From: Lama guanicoe
Lineage: Eukaryota
Assembly (NCBI GenBank): GCA_013239625.1
Contig: MU053629.1
Span: forward strand, 4,615,567 to 4,679,566
Reading direction: 5' to 3'
Length of the DNA: 64,000 nucleotides
Shown: positions 1 through 13,585 of the stretch, in pieces
How the letters are laid out: each line of letters opens with the position of its first letter
Numbering within the stretch: position 1 is the first letter of the stretch
Position numbers and translations under genes: made by a program
The notes under the pieces: generated by a model
Database searches by the model: none
Told to the model about the DNA's origin: nothing
Seen by the model: only the letters and a program-made list of their open reading frames with translations

Positions 1-59
1 CCTGTCATCTTAACTTAAAATTTTAGATTCATCTTCCTCATCCCCATATTTTATAAATT

Positions 60-300
60 CTCTTTGACCAAAGTCTTTTGTACCTGTATGCCCTTATCCA
101 TTTATGATATATGGAAGTTCATGTCACCACCTCTTACATAGACTACTGTAACAGCTTTCTAAGTGCTCCTTGCTCTCTATGGCTTCTTCTTCTTTCCAGT
201 AGTATTGTGGTCATCTGCAGCCAGAGTAAGGATTTTTAAAGTTAAGATCTGCTTGTATCACTTCTTGGTTCAAGAACCTTCAGTGGCATTTATTGGCCAG
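60..300 (+). mobile_element. L2 LINE fragment
   Basis: L2-like motifs 'gactactgtaacagc', 'ctgcagccagagt' and 'aagaaccttcagtggc'. Confidence 0.55.
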
Positions 301-1973
301 CAAATTAGGTAGAGCCAACTTTCAACAGCAAAAATAAAAGCTGAAAGGCAATGGCATCCTCAAAAGATGGAAAGGGGGTAATTGTCTCCGTTAAACCATC
401 ATTCAAGAATGAGGGCAAAATAAATACATTGTCAGAAATGAATATAAAAGAATATATATGTGTGTGTATGTAGGTATAGACAGAGGGAGAGAGAAAAAGA
501 TAGATCAATAGGGAAGGGGGAGAGTTAGTTTATTACTGAGGGAAATGCTTCAGGTAGAACGAAATTGAATCCAATTGAATCCAGAAAGGAATAAAATGAA
601 AGAAAGAACGGCTACTATTTAGATAAACGTGATGATATAAAACAACCCTTGTAGTGATTAATTTAGGAACTTCAAAATGAAGTCAAACAAAAAGACTGGA
701 AAAAATAATGTAAGATGAGAAGAGCTGAGTAGAATTAAAGCATTCTAGGATTTTGATATTTGAGAGAAGAATAGCAATAGCAATTGACTTCATATTTTTT
801 TAAGTTAGGTATGATTTTAAAATGTATGGGTAATAACTAAAAGATAAATGAAATATGTAACTTCAAAACAGATAAAGGGAAAAGAGGGGAATAATCCAAT
901 ATAGTTGAGAGAGAAAGACAGAGAGAAGTGTAAAGTAAATGAGTAAGGTGGTAGAAATAAATCCATGTATATCAATCATTCATTAAATGTAAGTACACTA
1001 ATATTGCCAGTTAGTAGATTGGTCAGATGGAACTTTAAAAAATACAGCTATCCGCTATTTTTGACTATTTTAGGATATATTCCTAATACATAAAGACAGA
1101 GAAAGGTCGAAAGGAAAAGGCTGGTGGAAAGATACCAGGCAAAAACTAATTAATAGAAAGTTGTTGTGGGTATATTAATACAAGACAAAGCAGACTTTAA
1201 GACAAGAAGTTTTCGGGTTTTTTATATATATATATATAGGAATGAGGATAAAAAGAGCTGCTATATGATGATAGAAGAAAAAGACTGTGAATACATAATA
1301 GTCCTAAACTTGTATGTAACTAATAACATAACCTTAAAATATATAAAGCAAAAAATTGACAGAATTACAAGGAAAATTTTATAAATCCACAATCATAGTG
1401 GGAAAATGTGTCTCAGTAATCAATAGGTCAATTAGACCAAAATTACTAAGGATATAGGAGAGTTTAATACCACAGTTTACAGGTTGATTTCATGATCATC
1501 TAGCACTCTTTATTGTTCAAATTGAGTATATGTTATTTTTAGGTACAGAAAACTTATTTTTAAAAACTACGTATTAGGGCATAAAGCAAGTCTCACTAAA
1601 GTTTATAACATACAGGTCACTTTTTCTGAGTATAATACAACTAGTTTAGAAATCAATAATAAGTTTATCTTATTCATTTTGAGCTTAAATTACACACATA
1701 AATTCTGAATAATTTATGGATCATATAATACATCATAATGGAATAAAAATATTTACAACTGAACAATCAAGAAATATCATATATGAAAACTCATGAGCTG
1801 CAGTCCAAGTCATACTTAAAGGATAGTTTTTTGTATATATGTTAGAAAATAAAAATTGAATATTAATAGGCTTAATATCTAACTCAAGAAAAAATAAATT
1901 TTTTTAAGGGAACGGGTTAAACCCAAAGAGAGTGAAGGGGCAGGAATTCTAAAGAAAAAAATTAATGAAATTA

Positions 1974-2408
1974 AATGCCATTTGCAGCAACATGGATGCT
2001 CCTGGAGAATGTCATTCTAAGTGAATAAGCCAGAAAGAGAAAGAAAAATACCATATGAGATCACTCATATGTGGAATCTAAAAAAAAACCAAACAAATAA
2101 ACAAAAACAAAGCGTAAATACAGGACAGAAATAGACTCATAGACAGAGAATACAGACTTGTGGTTGCCAGGGGGGTGGAGGGTGGGAAGGGATAGACTGG
2201 GACTTCAAAATTGTAGAATAGATAAACAAGATTACACTGTATATAGCACAGGGAAATATACACAAAATGTTATGATAACTCACAGAGAAAAAAATGTGAC
2301 AATGAGTGTATATATATGTCCATGAATGACTGAAAAATTGTGCTGAACACTGGAATTTGACACAACATTGTAAAATGATTATAAATCAATAAAAAATGTT
2401 AAAAAAAA
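1974..2408 (+). mobile_element. Young 5'-truncated L1 3' end with G-rich tract, AATAAA and A-tail
   Basis: 'tgccatttgcagcaacatggatg...ctaagtgaataagccag...tcactcatatgtggaatctaaaa' ORF2 terminus; G-tract at 2170-2191; similar A-rich flanks on both sides. Confidence 0.9.
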
Positions 2409-2632
2409 TTAAGAAAATTAAAACTCAAGAAACAATTCAAGAAAACCAACAACAGTTTGTTATGAAAAAATGAGTGTAATGTCCATGAATGACTGAAAAA
2501 TTGTGCTGAACACTGGAATTTGACACAACATTGTAAAATGATTATAAATCAATAAAAAATGTTAAAAAAAATTAAGAAAATTAAAACTCAAGAAACAATT
2601 CAAGAAAACCAACAACAGTTTGTTATGAAAAA
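2301..2632. repeat. Tandem duplication with a ~163-168 bp unit
   Basis: 2316-2469 is identical to 2479-2632 (offset 163); 2301-2310 equals 2469-2478. Confidence 0.95.
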
Positions 2633-2851
2633 TTGATCAAGCATAACAGAAGAACACAAATAGCAAAATTGGAATTTACAAAGGGGACATAATTCTAGAC
2701 AGAGTGGAGATTTTAAACATAAAAGGATATAATGAAGAACTTCATGGCAATAAACTTGAAGACAGAAAATGGACAATTTCCTCAAAAAAAAACCCCAAAA
2801 CTGTCTTAAGAAAAATAAAAAGTAAAAATAGATCTGTAGCAGTTAAGGGAA

Positions 2852-3290
2852 TTTATTCATTCATTCAACAAATATTTATAAAATGTGCCCAGCACAATTT
2901 TAGGCACTGGAGATACAGTAGTGAGCCACAAAAACAAGAAAAGTCCCTGTTTCACAGAGCTTCCTTTCTAGTGGTAGGAGATAGATAATAAATAAATTGT
3001 ATAAGGTATTGATGAATTCTATAAAGAATAAAGAAAGAGAGAATGGGCTTTTTTATGTAGGATAGTCAAAGAAGTCACATTGAATCTGAAGGAAGTGATG
3101 GAGCAAGCCAAGTGGATATTGGAGGAAGAGTGGTCCAAGCCTGAGGAGTAGGTGCGAATGGCCTGAGGCAGAAAGATGTTTGGTGGAACACAGTGAGTAC
3201 TATGGATAAGGGAGATTGGCAGAAGCAGAAATCATTGAAGTAATCAAGGGGCCAATCATGAAGTCCTTGTAAGGACTTTTCATTCAGCAG
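2852..3290 (-). mobile_element. L2 3' fragment
   Basis: 'cattcattcaacaaatattta...taggcactggagatacag' is the reverse complement of the L2 3' end. Confidence 0.75.
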
Positions 3291-4199
3291 TTAGAAATCT
3301 ACCCATAAAATGGGGATGATCATAACTTCTACTTATGTGTATGTCAATTGTATCTTAAAGCTGGGGAAAAATAACTCCTACTCCGACTTATAAGATTTTG
3401 GAATTAATCAATTAAATGCATGTAGAATTTCTTTGTAAAGCACTATCCAAGGATAGATTTTTTTTTCCATCCAAAAGTAATAATCATTTGTCAAACATTT
3501 ATTAAGTTTGGAGTACCTGCTTGTGGACCAATATTTGTGCAAAGTGTAGAGAATGCAAAGATGATTAAGACATGGTAGTGTTCCCTGCCCAGTACAGGAG
3601 GCAGACATAAACGATTTGTCTGCAGTATGCTAGGGATTATAACAGAGATACTAATATAGTCTGAAGACTAGGAGAAGTCTCAAATTTTTATAGTCTATAA
3701 GGGTGTATATGAAAGGAAAGAGTGTGGGTTTTTTTCTTTTTTAGAGTAGCTTACATTTTTCTGTTACTCCAAGAAGAATGAAAAATTAGGCTTCTTATTT
3801 AGGAACAGTTACTGTCCAATGGTGTTTCTGCTGAGATGAATACCTGGCGTGTGGGACTCATCACATCTGTCTGAGTGTGATTAAGTTACAGTCGTGGGCA
3901 GGAGAGAAACATGGTAAGAAGTCTAGAATTTGAATTATGGTATAATCATAGCATTTTGGATGACTGATTCTTGGTCTTCAAAGTTGGTTCAATATGAAAT
4001 CACACTACTTGCTTTTCTTGACAGTAAATGCTGTATTGTGGCTTTTTATAAGTCGTCATTATTAGAACTTTATTAGCCTTCCTTTGTAGAGCACGTAGCC
4101 TGACTCAGAGCACAGAGGTAACTCTTTTTCACTCTGTTTTTGCGGGTTTTACTCTTAGAAAACCTAGCAACCCTGAAAACTTTCTAACTTCCTAGCGTT

Positions 4200-4400
4200 T
4201 AATGCTTGCTTCCTGTGTGCCAGGTCCTGTCTTCACTGCTTTAATTATATTACCTCACTGACCCTCACAAACCTGTAAGGGGGCTGATTTCCCCTTTTCA
4301 GGCTTGAGGCACCTGAGACAAGGTCAGGTTTAATAATTGTCCAGATTCATATTTGGAAATGGCAGAACTGGCATCGGAACCCGGGCAGTGACTTACAGCC
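4200..4400 (-). mobile_element. MIR SINE
   Basis: 'tgtgccagg...cctcacaaacctgtaagg...tgaggcac...ggcagaactgg...gaaccc' core. Confidence 0.65.
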
Positions 4401-6759
4401 CACGTACCCCCTTTGCTCTTCTGCCTCCCGTGGTGGATTGGTAGTGTTTGCAGAATGCTTCTTTGCTTGGAAAGATTCAGTGTGACGGTCCTTAGCCTGA
4501 TTGAAATAGGGCAATACCTTTGTAAGTTTTGAACTGAGTTTCCCTGCCATAGAATGCAGCTAAGAAAACTTAAACATCACCACATATTTTTTTTTTTTAG
4601 GTCCTAAAATATGTGTATTCTGTCTCAGGTCCAGTCTTGGCTTTGCCATTGACCAACTGTGTGAGCTTAGACAGGTTTTTTAACTTGGCTTTTAGATGTT
4701 TCTACTATAAAAGGAATGGATAAGATTAGACAGTTCTCTGTTACCTACTTGTCCAGTGCATTGTCTGATTCTGTACTCTACCAAAATTAGAGGTTGGTAC
4801 CAACTTTTTTGTCCAGTCATCTAGAACCTATTGTTCCAAGTGGAAAAAGAAAGTAAGAAAGTTTGAAAAATATACATGTTCTCTTTTGCTGGTTCCTTGT
4901 TACTTTTAAACATGTAAAAAATTTATACCAGGCCACTTGGCTTTTATAGTCCTAAAGTGTATGTATATTGTGTCCTTAATTTCAAGAGCTGAGACTATTC
5001 CCAGAAGCTCTGTGCTGGTCACAACCAAAATGGGACACTCAAGGACTCGGCGCTAAAAATAACTCATAAGGATGCTTCCTCCATGCACTCACTGGAACAA
5101 GTAATTACTGTGGCAACAACAAACTAATTTGAAGTGTTAGCTATTAATTAAAACAATGCAGAGGTGTATAGTTGTCTTTTGCTGTAACCAGATTCTCCAT
5201 TCAAACTTCATTAATCACTTTACAGTTAATGTGTTGAGGAAGGTCAAGGCAGTCGAGATGCAGTATCCACTGAAAGTAAGCGAATTCCTTTTCTCTGGGT
5301 AGAATGCCATTTGCAACGTTAAGGGACACACTTGACTCATACTTGGCATTGCCTTTGCCGTCCACTTCTCCGTGACGATGAAATGTTGAATTGGTACTGT
5401 CATTGCACTGTAAGCCAAACCACGCAGCATCTTTATTGCTGGAAATCAAACCCAAACTTCCACGGATGAATTAGCGTGTGTCATAATTAAATCATCAAGC
5501 CTCGCCTTTTAATTCACTTGGAAATAGGAGACCCTTCTACTGGAAAAGAGATCAGCTTTCTTAACAAGCTAATTAAGTTGCCAAACTGTCCAGAATACTA
5601 TATATACTGGACTATTTACTAATCATTTTTCTATCACTCTTATAGGTCTAAAATGTCCAGGTGTTGCTTGTTGTCTAATGTAACAACACTGATCTTATTA
5701 CAACTTCTGAATCTTTATGTATGCATTCAGCTATTTATCTTTACATTTTAGTCTTTGGTTAGTGATTCTAATATGCAGTATTTTGAAAAATTGAAATTGA
5801 AAGAGAGGAAAAAATAATATATCATTATTAAATCTTACATATTACATTACCTGGAATAAAGTTACTGAATTCCTTCAAATCACATTTCATATTGGCTTAG
5901 TCCAGCAGCTTCTCTGTCAGGCATTGAGAAAAAAATAGAGTGTAACTTCTAGTATTTTAATTTATTACATGACTTTATATAGATCATGAATCAAATCGTA
6001 ACATGTAGTTTCACATTGTAAAAGTGTGATGGTAAATTAAGGGGTAATTTATTCTAAAACCAATATAGTATAGGGGTTCCACTTTAAAAAATGTATGTAA
6101 CTTTATACAAAATGTAAAAAAATTTTTAAAAAGTTTTGTAATTTAATAGTATTTAAATACACTTGGGAGTTTGGGGTTTAGAGAAAGTCTTTAGACACTT
6201 TTATAAATTAAAGAACTCTTTGGTAAAGTGAACTATTGCCAGTTTTTATAATCTTGCCTTTATCCTTTAAATGAGATATTCCTGACTTTCTCTACAATTA
6301 ATTGATAAAATAAAGACTAAGTTGACCTTCCATAATTGGTTTGACCTTTGTCCACTTAAGTAGGAAAAGCAGAGTGAATTTCTTATAACAATCATATATA
6401 TGGATACATACATATATATTGATACGTTTTTTTCTTAGTCTTACCTGAATTTGTGACATTTTTTATATGTGAAAAGTTAGAAATACTTGTAGATTCTTAA
6501 TAACTGAACCATTTCTGTTAAGACAGTCACTTTAAAAACATTTGTCAGTGATTGCATAACTCTGTAAATTTGCTAAAAAATCTTAAATTATATACTTTAA
6601 ACAAGTGAACTCTGCCATATATAACTATATCTCAGTAAAGCTATTAAAAAATTATCAGAGTAGCCACGTGAATATTTCTGCCAAAGCAACAGAAAATGAT
6701 TTTTTTCATTTTGATAATAGTGGAATATATGTTTTGTTTTTGTTTTATGAAATATGCTA

Positions 6760-6903
6760 TTTTTATAACATGTATGGTGATGGATGTTAACTAGACTTAT
6801 CATGGTGATCATTTTGCAGTGAATACAAATATTGAATCCTGTTGTACACCTGAAAGTAATATAATATTACATGTCAATTATATCTCAATAAAAAAATAAT
6901 AAA
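6760..6903 (+). mobile_element. L1 3' terminal fragment with A-tail
   Basis: 'gttgtacacctgaaagtaatataatattacatgtcaattatatctcaataaaaaa'. Confidence 0.8.
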
Positions 6904-7704
6904 TGAACAGTTTTCACTACTAGGTCATTACCCAGTAAACATTGGGAGCCTGGTAAATATATTTTGCAACTTGCACATACGGATGGGGAATTCCTGAGAA
7001 GCTAAATTCCATTCCCCATATCTTCCCTACCCTGTTTTACATCTTAACACCAGCTGGGTGAGAGGAAGACGAATCCGATCTTGGCTAATGTGCAGAATCC
7101 TCTATGGAGCAAGATTTTAGCTTTTCCAAACTAATTTGTTTCTTTACAGTTACATGGACTTACAGTAGCAGTGCTTGTTCATGTTATGTGGTTTGTTTTG
7201 AAAATTTTATGTGAAGCAGGTTGTTTCTGGATAGTGGTCAGAATGTGGAGTCCTTGTGGTACATATGTACACATTTCCTTTAAACACAGGAGATTTTGAT
7301 GAGATGTGATGGTATTTTATTTCCGCATACCTTATTCTCTTACTCTTCCACAAATGAGTGTGTTCATATTCCTTGACTTAAATTGTCATTATTTCACTGT
7401 ATCTGGTCATTTGAACTTTGTTCTAAATGTTCTAAAGCTTTTTTAATGTTGAGAGATGCCAGCCTTAGGAAAAGAGGAACCACATACTTGAACCTTGTAA
7501 CTCAGTGCCTTCTTACATGAATTTATGTCTTAAACCATAGCTAGTTCCAGGTGTTTTGAGATTGTTTCGATGAAATGTAGTGATATAATTTGTCTGTAAT
7601 ATATAATTAAAATGAAAGGAAAACCTCCCGTCTTACGTGGCTCAGTACAGTGCTTAGCAGAGAGCTACAGAAGACACCCCCCCACACACACACACACACA
7701 GTGA

Positions 7705-7940
7705 CAGTATGTCATGAAGGATCTGGAGCTACAAGACTTGGATTTGATGTCTAGTTGCCTCTTACTGACTTTGTGCCATTGGGCAGACTGCTTAACTTCT
7801 CTGTGTGTCAGAGTTCTCGGCTCTAAAAAAAGTGGTAATAATCCGAGCATTCCCTGAGAGGGTTATTTTAAGGTACTATGTGATGAATCGTTGTGTAAAC
7901 CATGAAGCTCAACAGAAGTGCAAATTACTGCTGTTACTAG
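7705..7940 (+). mobile_element. MIR SINE
   Basis: 'gcctcttactgactttgtgccattgggcagactgcttaacttctctgtgtgtcag' core. Confidence 0.7.
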
Positions 7941-8068
7941 TGCTCTTTGAAAGTGTTGTATATCCCCTTGCTGGGATGTATTCAGATTTACATTTATATC
8001 CTTAACCATTTTATGGGTCGTTTAGTAATCGCAAGTGAATTTTTGTTGTTTTTTTTTTCTTTCCATAG

Positions 8069-8108
8069 AGCATATCATGTCCCAAGTGGGAAAATATTAG
8101 CTGTAAAG
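8069..8108 (+). CDS. MAP2K5: MAP2K5 coding exon (~human exon 9), 40 nt: (K)AYHVPSGKILAVK, ending at the catalytic Lys of kinase subdomain II
   Basis: Polypyrimidine tract + catag acceptor (AG 8067-8068); donor AAG|gtaagt at 8109. The translation matches the recalled MEK5 sequence. Confidence 0.97.
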
Positions 8109-8519
8109 GTAAGTGCTGGATTCATTTTATGAAACTCGTGAAATTTTTGATGCTTACCGCTTTGATCCCACCCCCACCCGTCTCAGCTTGAGTCACAGGT
8201 GTTGTCGGAGAGGAAGCGAAGTGGTTTGAGGTTTGGGTGGTGGGCGGGGGAAGCCTCAACCCTGTTCGTTGAGTATAGCCCCGTGGCACCTCCTGGGCGC
8301 TGGGTTGTCCCTCCTGTGCATACTGAGCTGCTTTCTCACTCCGAGGGCGCCTCCGCCAACCCGAGCACTGTTTCCCTTTTTATCTAGTCATTTGTTTGTA
8401 CCTTTGATGACAGAACTTTTAGATTGTTGCCAGTGGTGTATTTAAAGACAGTCAACTTAAGGTTATTTACTCCAGGAGAGGGGAGCACTGCTATAAGTCA
8501 CCCCAGACAACTTACTGTT

Positions 8520-9060
8520 TGGCCTTGTCTGATACTAATATGGCTCCTCCAGCTTTGGCTTGACTAGTGTTAGCATGACCCAGCCTTTCACTTTTACCCT
8601 GTTGTCTCTATATTTGGGAGGGATTTCTCGTAGGCAGCATACAGTTAGTTACGTCTTGTATTTTAATCCACTCTGCTTTTTAATAGAGATATTTAGATCA
8701 TTTACATTTCATGTGGTTATTGATATGGTTGGATTCAAGTGTATCAATTTGCTCTTTGTTTTCTACTTGTTCTGTCTATATGTCCTTTTTTTTTTTAAGC
8801 AGTTGCATTAGAGTTTGTAGTATACATCTTAACTTTCCGTAGTCTACCTGCAAGTTACCTATTGGATGAGAACTTCACAATTATACTTTAATTTCCCTCA
8901 TCCTGGCTGAGCTCCCCTGGGGTCCCCTCCCTGGATGGGGCCTGAAAGCTCTTGTGTGGTCAGTAAGCTGGGCAGTCACAGGACTCACCTCTGTTGCCAT
9001 CTCTCAGGGATCACTGTCCTATTTTAGCTGATGTCTGATGTCTGGAAGCCTGTTGATTTT
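8520..9060 (-). mobile_element. Old L1M fragment (ORF2 start, inter-ORF and 5' UTR pieces), related to the element at 52270-55100
   Basis: 8940-9055 resembles the reverse complement of 52340-52460. Confidence 0.65.
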
Positions 9061-9189
9061 TCTGGGGTTTTTTGTTATCTATCTTTTAATGTGTCTCTTC
9101 CTTTCTCATTACCACTCTAATCCAGATGCTCGTTTTTGCCTCTCGTCAATGGAACAGCTTTTAAACTGTTCTCGCAAAAATGGAGGCTA

Positions 9190-9420
9190 CCATTTATCGA
9201 TCATTTACACTGTGCTAGGTACTCTACACGCATTTTCCTCTTTTAATGACGCTCCCAACAAACTTCTGCAGTTGCTGCCAGATCCTCATTTTACAGATGG
9301 AGAAGCTGAGGCACAGGAAAGTTAAGTAGCTGAGTCCCACAACTAATAAGGAATGGAACCAGACTTTGAACCTAGGGAAGTCTTGCCCCGAGTCCGTGCT
9401 CTTAATGTCTGTACTATATT
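9190..9420 (-). mobile_element. MIR SINE
   Basis: 'cctcattttacagatggagaagctgaggcacaggaaagttaagtagc'. Confidence 0.8.
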
Positions 9421-9429
9421 GCTGCTCAC

Positions 9430-10090
9430 CACCCGCAGATTTCGCTTCCTAAAGCACAGTTCTGGTCACGTCTCTTCCCCTCTCAAAACTCTTCAGAACC
9501 TCTACATTATGTCCCAGATAAACTAAACATTCAGTGGGATGAAATTCAAGATTTTCCAGAGTATGTCATCAGCCTGCTGTCATAGCATTATCTTCTGTGT
9601 CTGAATCCAGTGCTTCTTTTAAGTTGACCTCATGGCCTTGTCTGAACCCAGGTACTTTCTCTCTTCAACACTTTTGTTCACGTTATTTCCCTCTAATTAG
9701 AATGCCATCACCTATGTCTCCATGTAGGAAAATCTTTAACCCCCTTCAAGGGTTGGCTCTAAAGCTTGCTCCTCCATTGAACTTACTGAATAAATCCTGT
9801 CACCTGTGGTATATTTGTCACTCACTCACCCTCTCCTTTGAACCTGTCTAGAAGTCTGTCTCTTAAGGACGTTACCACACACTGCCTTGTATTCTACTAG
9901 TAGTACACATGTACATTTCCCCCCATTACACTGGAATCTCTTTGTCAGTGGGGAACAAATCTCACGTACCTTCTTGCCGTACCCACTGATTCATGCAGAA
10001 CTTTGCATAGAGGGCCTAGTGCAGGACACTACATGGGATGACTAGGTGTGTAGCACATAGTTTGTTGACTGACTAACTGAATGAATAAAT
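9430..10090 (+). mobile_element. L2 fragment extending to its 3' end
   Basis: Ends in 'tttgttgactgactaactgaatgaataaat'; L2 body motifs upstream. Confidence 0.65.
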
Positions 10091-12059
10091 TTTGTTCTTT
10101 TGTTTGTCTTTAGTTCACTCATTCATCTTTTGAAGTAACATCCTGAGAGCAGGTTCAGCTCACGTACAGAATATCCCATAGTGTTCTTTGTATGGACCAT
10201 TGCTCTCACCAGAGTATTTCTTAGCCTTCTTTTTTTTTTATATTACAGGGTGAAATGAAAGGTTAAGAGTTAGAAGCGCATTTGATCTTTTCTTGACCCC
10301 CTCCTGACTTTTGTGTGACTTCAAGCATGTCACTTGAACCTCCCAGTGACCTCAGCTGTGAAACAGGGCCTTCTGGTGTCACAGAGGGACTGTGAAGAGC
10401 AGCAAATCACAGTCCTTGTCTAAACAGAATCACCTGCAGGGCTCTGATGCCTGCACAGAATGATGAGGGAGATTTAATTTCCCAAGTCAAGTGGTCATTT
10501 GGACCCATACTTTGAATGTCTGTGGGAGCAATTAGATGGGAGTCCTTGAAAATCTGTTACTTTTCCTCCTCAGAATATTTCTAATTTTTGTACTTGTAAA
10601 TGTCCTTATTTTTGAGACTTTTTTTGTCTAAAGCATATTGCAGTGTCTAAGCATATCATAGTGTTTACCTCTTCAGAATTCAAAGGTGGGAAAATACCAC
10701 CTCAGATATTATCAACAGCACCTTGAATTTTGGAAAGAATAGAAGTACCCTGGATTTGTATTTTATACCACTGAATTCAGAAAAGAAATTTTGCCTCAAA
10801 GAGAGTACTTTGAAAATGACACTTAATGTAGTTTTCAAGATAGCTATCTGATGGCTGTGTAAGATTCATGAAACATGTTTCTAACTGGCTTTTTGTGGGG
10901 TAGGGTGGGAGGAGTGTAGGAAAGCAAGATGATTACAAACAAGCAGAACAGAAAACAAATAAAAATACTTTTAGCCATCTTGTAAACAGAACCTTTTTAT
11001 ACCGTTAATGTATTCTATAAAATCTTTCAAAGAGTAGAGCTTAGTAGGTTTCCCCTGTATTGTGTATTTTCCAATTGGGAGACACCCGTCGCACAGGAAA
11101 TTTAGCACTGTATATAGCACGTGCTGATTATCATTCTTGGACTGCTTTGGATTTCTGCTGCTTTTAAACTGGCATTTAAATGGACCATTTGATTAATCAT
11201 TTGTATACTGACTGTAATCCTCCCAAATTTCCTTTCTGAGTTGTACGTACTGTAAAAGACAATTATGTCGCCACAGATTAAATAAGCGAATTAAAAACAG
11301 AATAGCAGCTTAATTTGACCTGTGATTTTGCTCTCCTTCCCTTTAGTGGGGCTTGTGCCACTCCAGCAAATAAATGAAGTCATCCATGACAGCTTGTGAT
11401 GAATTGCCGTATTTATACTGTATATTTTAATAGCCTCACACTAATTTAAATTGAGCACAGAGTAAATTATAATTCAGTCACTCGGCTGCTTATATTTAAC
11501 TTGACAACTCATCCTTATTTGTCCTGGAGGTGCGGTGGAGAGCAGCGGGAATGTACTCAGGTACTTCAGTTTCGAACTTAACCCTTTCTCCAGGAAATAC
11601 TGTATGTGCAAATTCTCTCCAGTTTGAAAAATTTAGCTCTTCCTAAGGAGGAAAAAAAAATAATAATAGAGACTCAGGGAGTTTGTACTTTGCTTATTCT
11701 TCAAAAAGAAAATTAGCATCTGCCATGCTTTTTTCCAGTTTTTCCATTTTAAGGTAGATTTGACTTTCCTGCTCAACTTCCCAGAAATTATTTTATTCAC
11801 TTTCCCACCATTATGGAATCTCCACTGTTCCGGACTACAGCGAATTCCAAGAATGATCAAGACCTGTTAGAGTGCAGTGGATTGGCCCCACAAATACCGT
11901 ATTACTTGCTACATTTTCGGCCAGTGTGGCGGTTTTATTTATGTCTTTGGTTTGAAATTCTGTTGTAGAAATCAAGCAATTCATTTCCTTTCTGTCTAGA
12001 AGCAGCTTTTTGTTTGGAGGATTGCGGTTGTAAGGAGCGCTTTAATTAAGTCCTGTGCC

Positions 12060-12600
12060 ATTTAATGGGCACCCCTGTGAGTAAGACCCTGTGCAGGTGC
12101 TGGGTGTCAGGGGAGGGGACCAGAGAAAGGTGCCCAAGACTCAGTCCTTGCCCTGCAGGGGCTCACAACCGCTCTGTACTCCTGGCTTCTGTTTTTAGGA
12201 GATGAAGCATTAATGCTAAAAGCAGGATGTGATACAGAGAAAGGCAAGGGGTTTAATGGAAGGCTTTGGGGCTGGCTTCGTGGAGGTGACAGTGACATTC
12301 AAGCTGTGTCGAAGGACAGAAATGGTTTTATGATCAGCAACTGTGGAATGGAACGAGGAAGCACACGTCAAGTGGAGGGAACAGCAGGAGCAGAGGCTGG
12401 ACGTGGGCAGAAGTGCCGGCTGCGTGTGGACCAGAAGAAATGACTGGTTTCACATGCAGCTTGGGTTTGCGGTAAGGAGAGAGAAGGAGCTAGAATAACA
12501 AGTTGGAGCTAGATTGTGAAAGAATTCCTTGAATGTCACGCTAGAGTTTTAACTTTATTCTAAGTCATGGGAACCCAATTAAGTTTCTCTATCAAGAGAA
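12060..12600 (-). mobile_element. L2 fragment
   Basis: 'gtccttgccctgcaggggctcaca...ccttgaatgtcacgctagagttttaactttattc'. Confidence 0.6.
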
Positions 12601-12747
12601 TACGTTCATAGCCCGTAGTTTCGGGCTAACTCCCAGGTGCTGGCTAGCCATGTAGAATCATGTTGTTTCTTGACTAGGGGCCTGGGATGCAGTACCTCTT
12701 AGTAGTCATACTAAACACAAAATAAATGGCATTTTGAAACCTTAAAT

Positions 12748-12958
12748 AAGGGCTTCTCAAACCTCACTGTGGATTAAAAATCATCTGGGAAATGTTTAAA
12801 GAATGCAAAGACGTGGGCCCAACCCCAGAAATTTTGATTCCAATATTCTGAGGTAAGGCCTGTGCATCAGGGTTTTTTTTGAAGTGTCCTTATATATTCA
12901 TATAAATAACCTTGATACAAAGGTAATTATAATGTGAAGCCTAGGCTGAGAACCACAG
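12748..12958. mobile_element. MER5-like hAT-Charlie non-autonomous DNA transposon
   Basis: Degenerate TIRs 'agggcttctcaaa'...'tgagaaccacag'; internal 'gggcccaaccccagaaattttgattc'. Confidence 0.7.
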
Positions 12959-13585
12959 CTTTAAGGTAAGTAATAATGTATTCCTTTTAGGAGAGTTCTT
13001 AAGGGTGAAAGATTCCCTGTACTTGACATAGTAGTATGAATAGCTCTCATATTTTATGGTGTAAAATGAAACAATTCTAGGTGGATTAATTTCGTTGTTA
13101 AGTTTTATACAGGAACAAAAATGTAAGTGAATGTTGTCAGCAAATGACTGTTGATTGGGAGAAATGTTTAAATGTTTCTTGGCAGTTCTGCATTACACTT
13201 ACAACCTAGTTTAGTGAGAGCTTCTATAAATGACCCTGAAGCAAACTCTTGATAGAAGTGACTATGCCTTTTGTCCCCTCACTTTATCCTCCCCAAATAG
13301 ATGTTAGTACTGTAAAACGTGGATTTTAGAAAATGATCCTTTTCTTTCTTTGCTCTATCAGCAGTTTGCAATTCAAAATTTCTGTTTTTTCCTCAAGTAT
13401 ATATATATATTTGCAGTTATAACACAAAATGTAGTTCCGTGTTGGATGGTGTATAACTACACTGTCATGGTAATCTTGACTTAAATTTTTGCCTATAAGT
13501 GCCTAGAATCAGAAACTCTGCCACAAATCTTAGAAATTATCTTTTACTTATTTTACTAATCACTGCCTTTCAAAGTGAAAAACAG

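Larger units (their letters stand above)
306..2850 (+). mobile_element. Old, degraded L1M fragment (ORF1 end to ORF2 endonuclease), interrupted by a younger L1 3' end
   Basis: A-rich strand; ORF 1166..1384 (ILIQDKADFK...IIVLNLYVTNN...YIKQK) resembles the L1 endonuclease. Confidence 0.75.
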
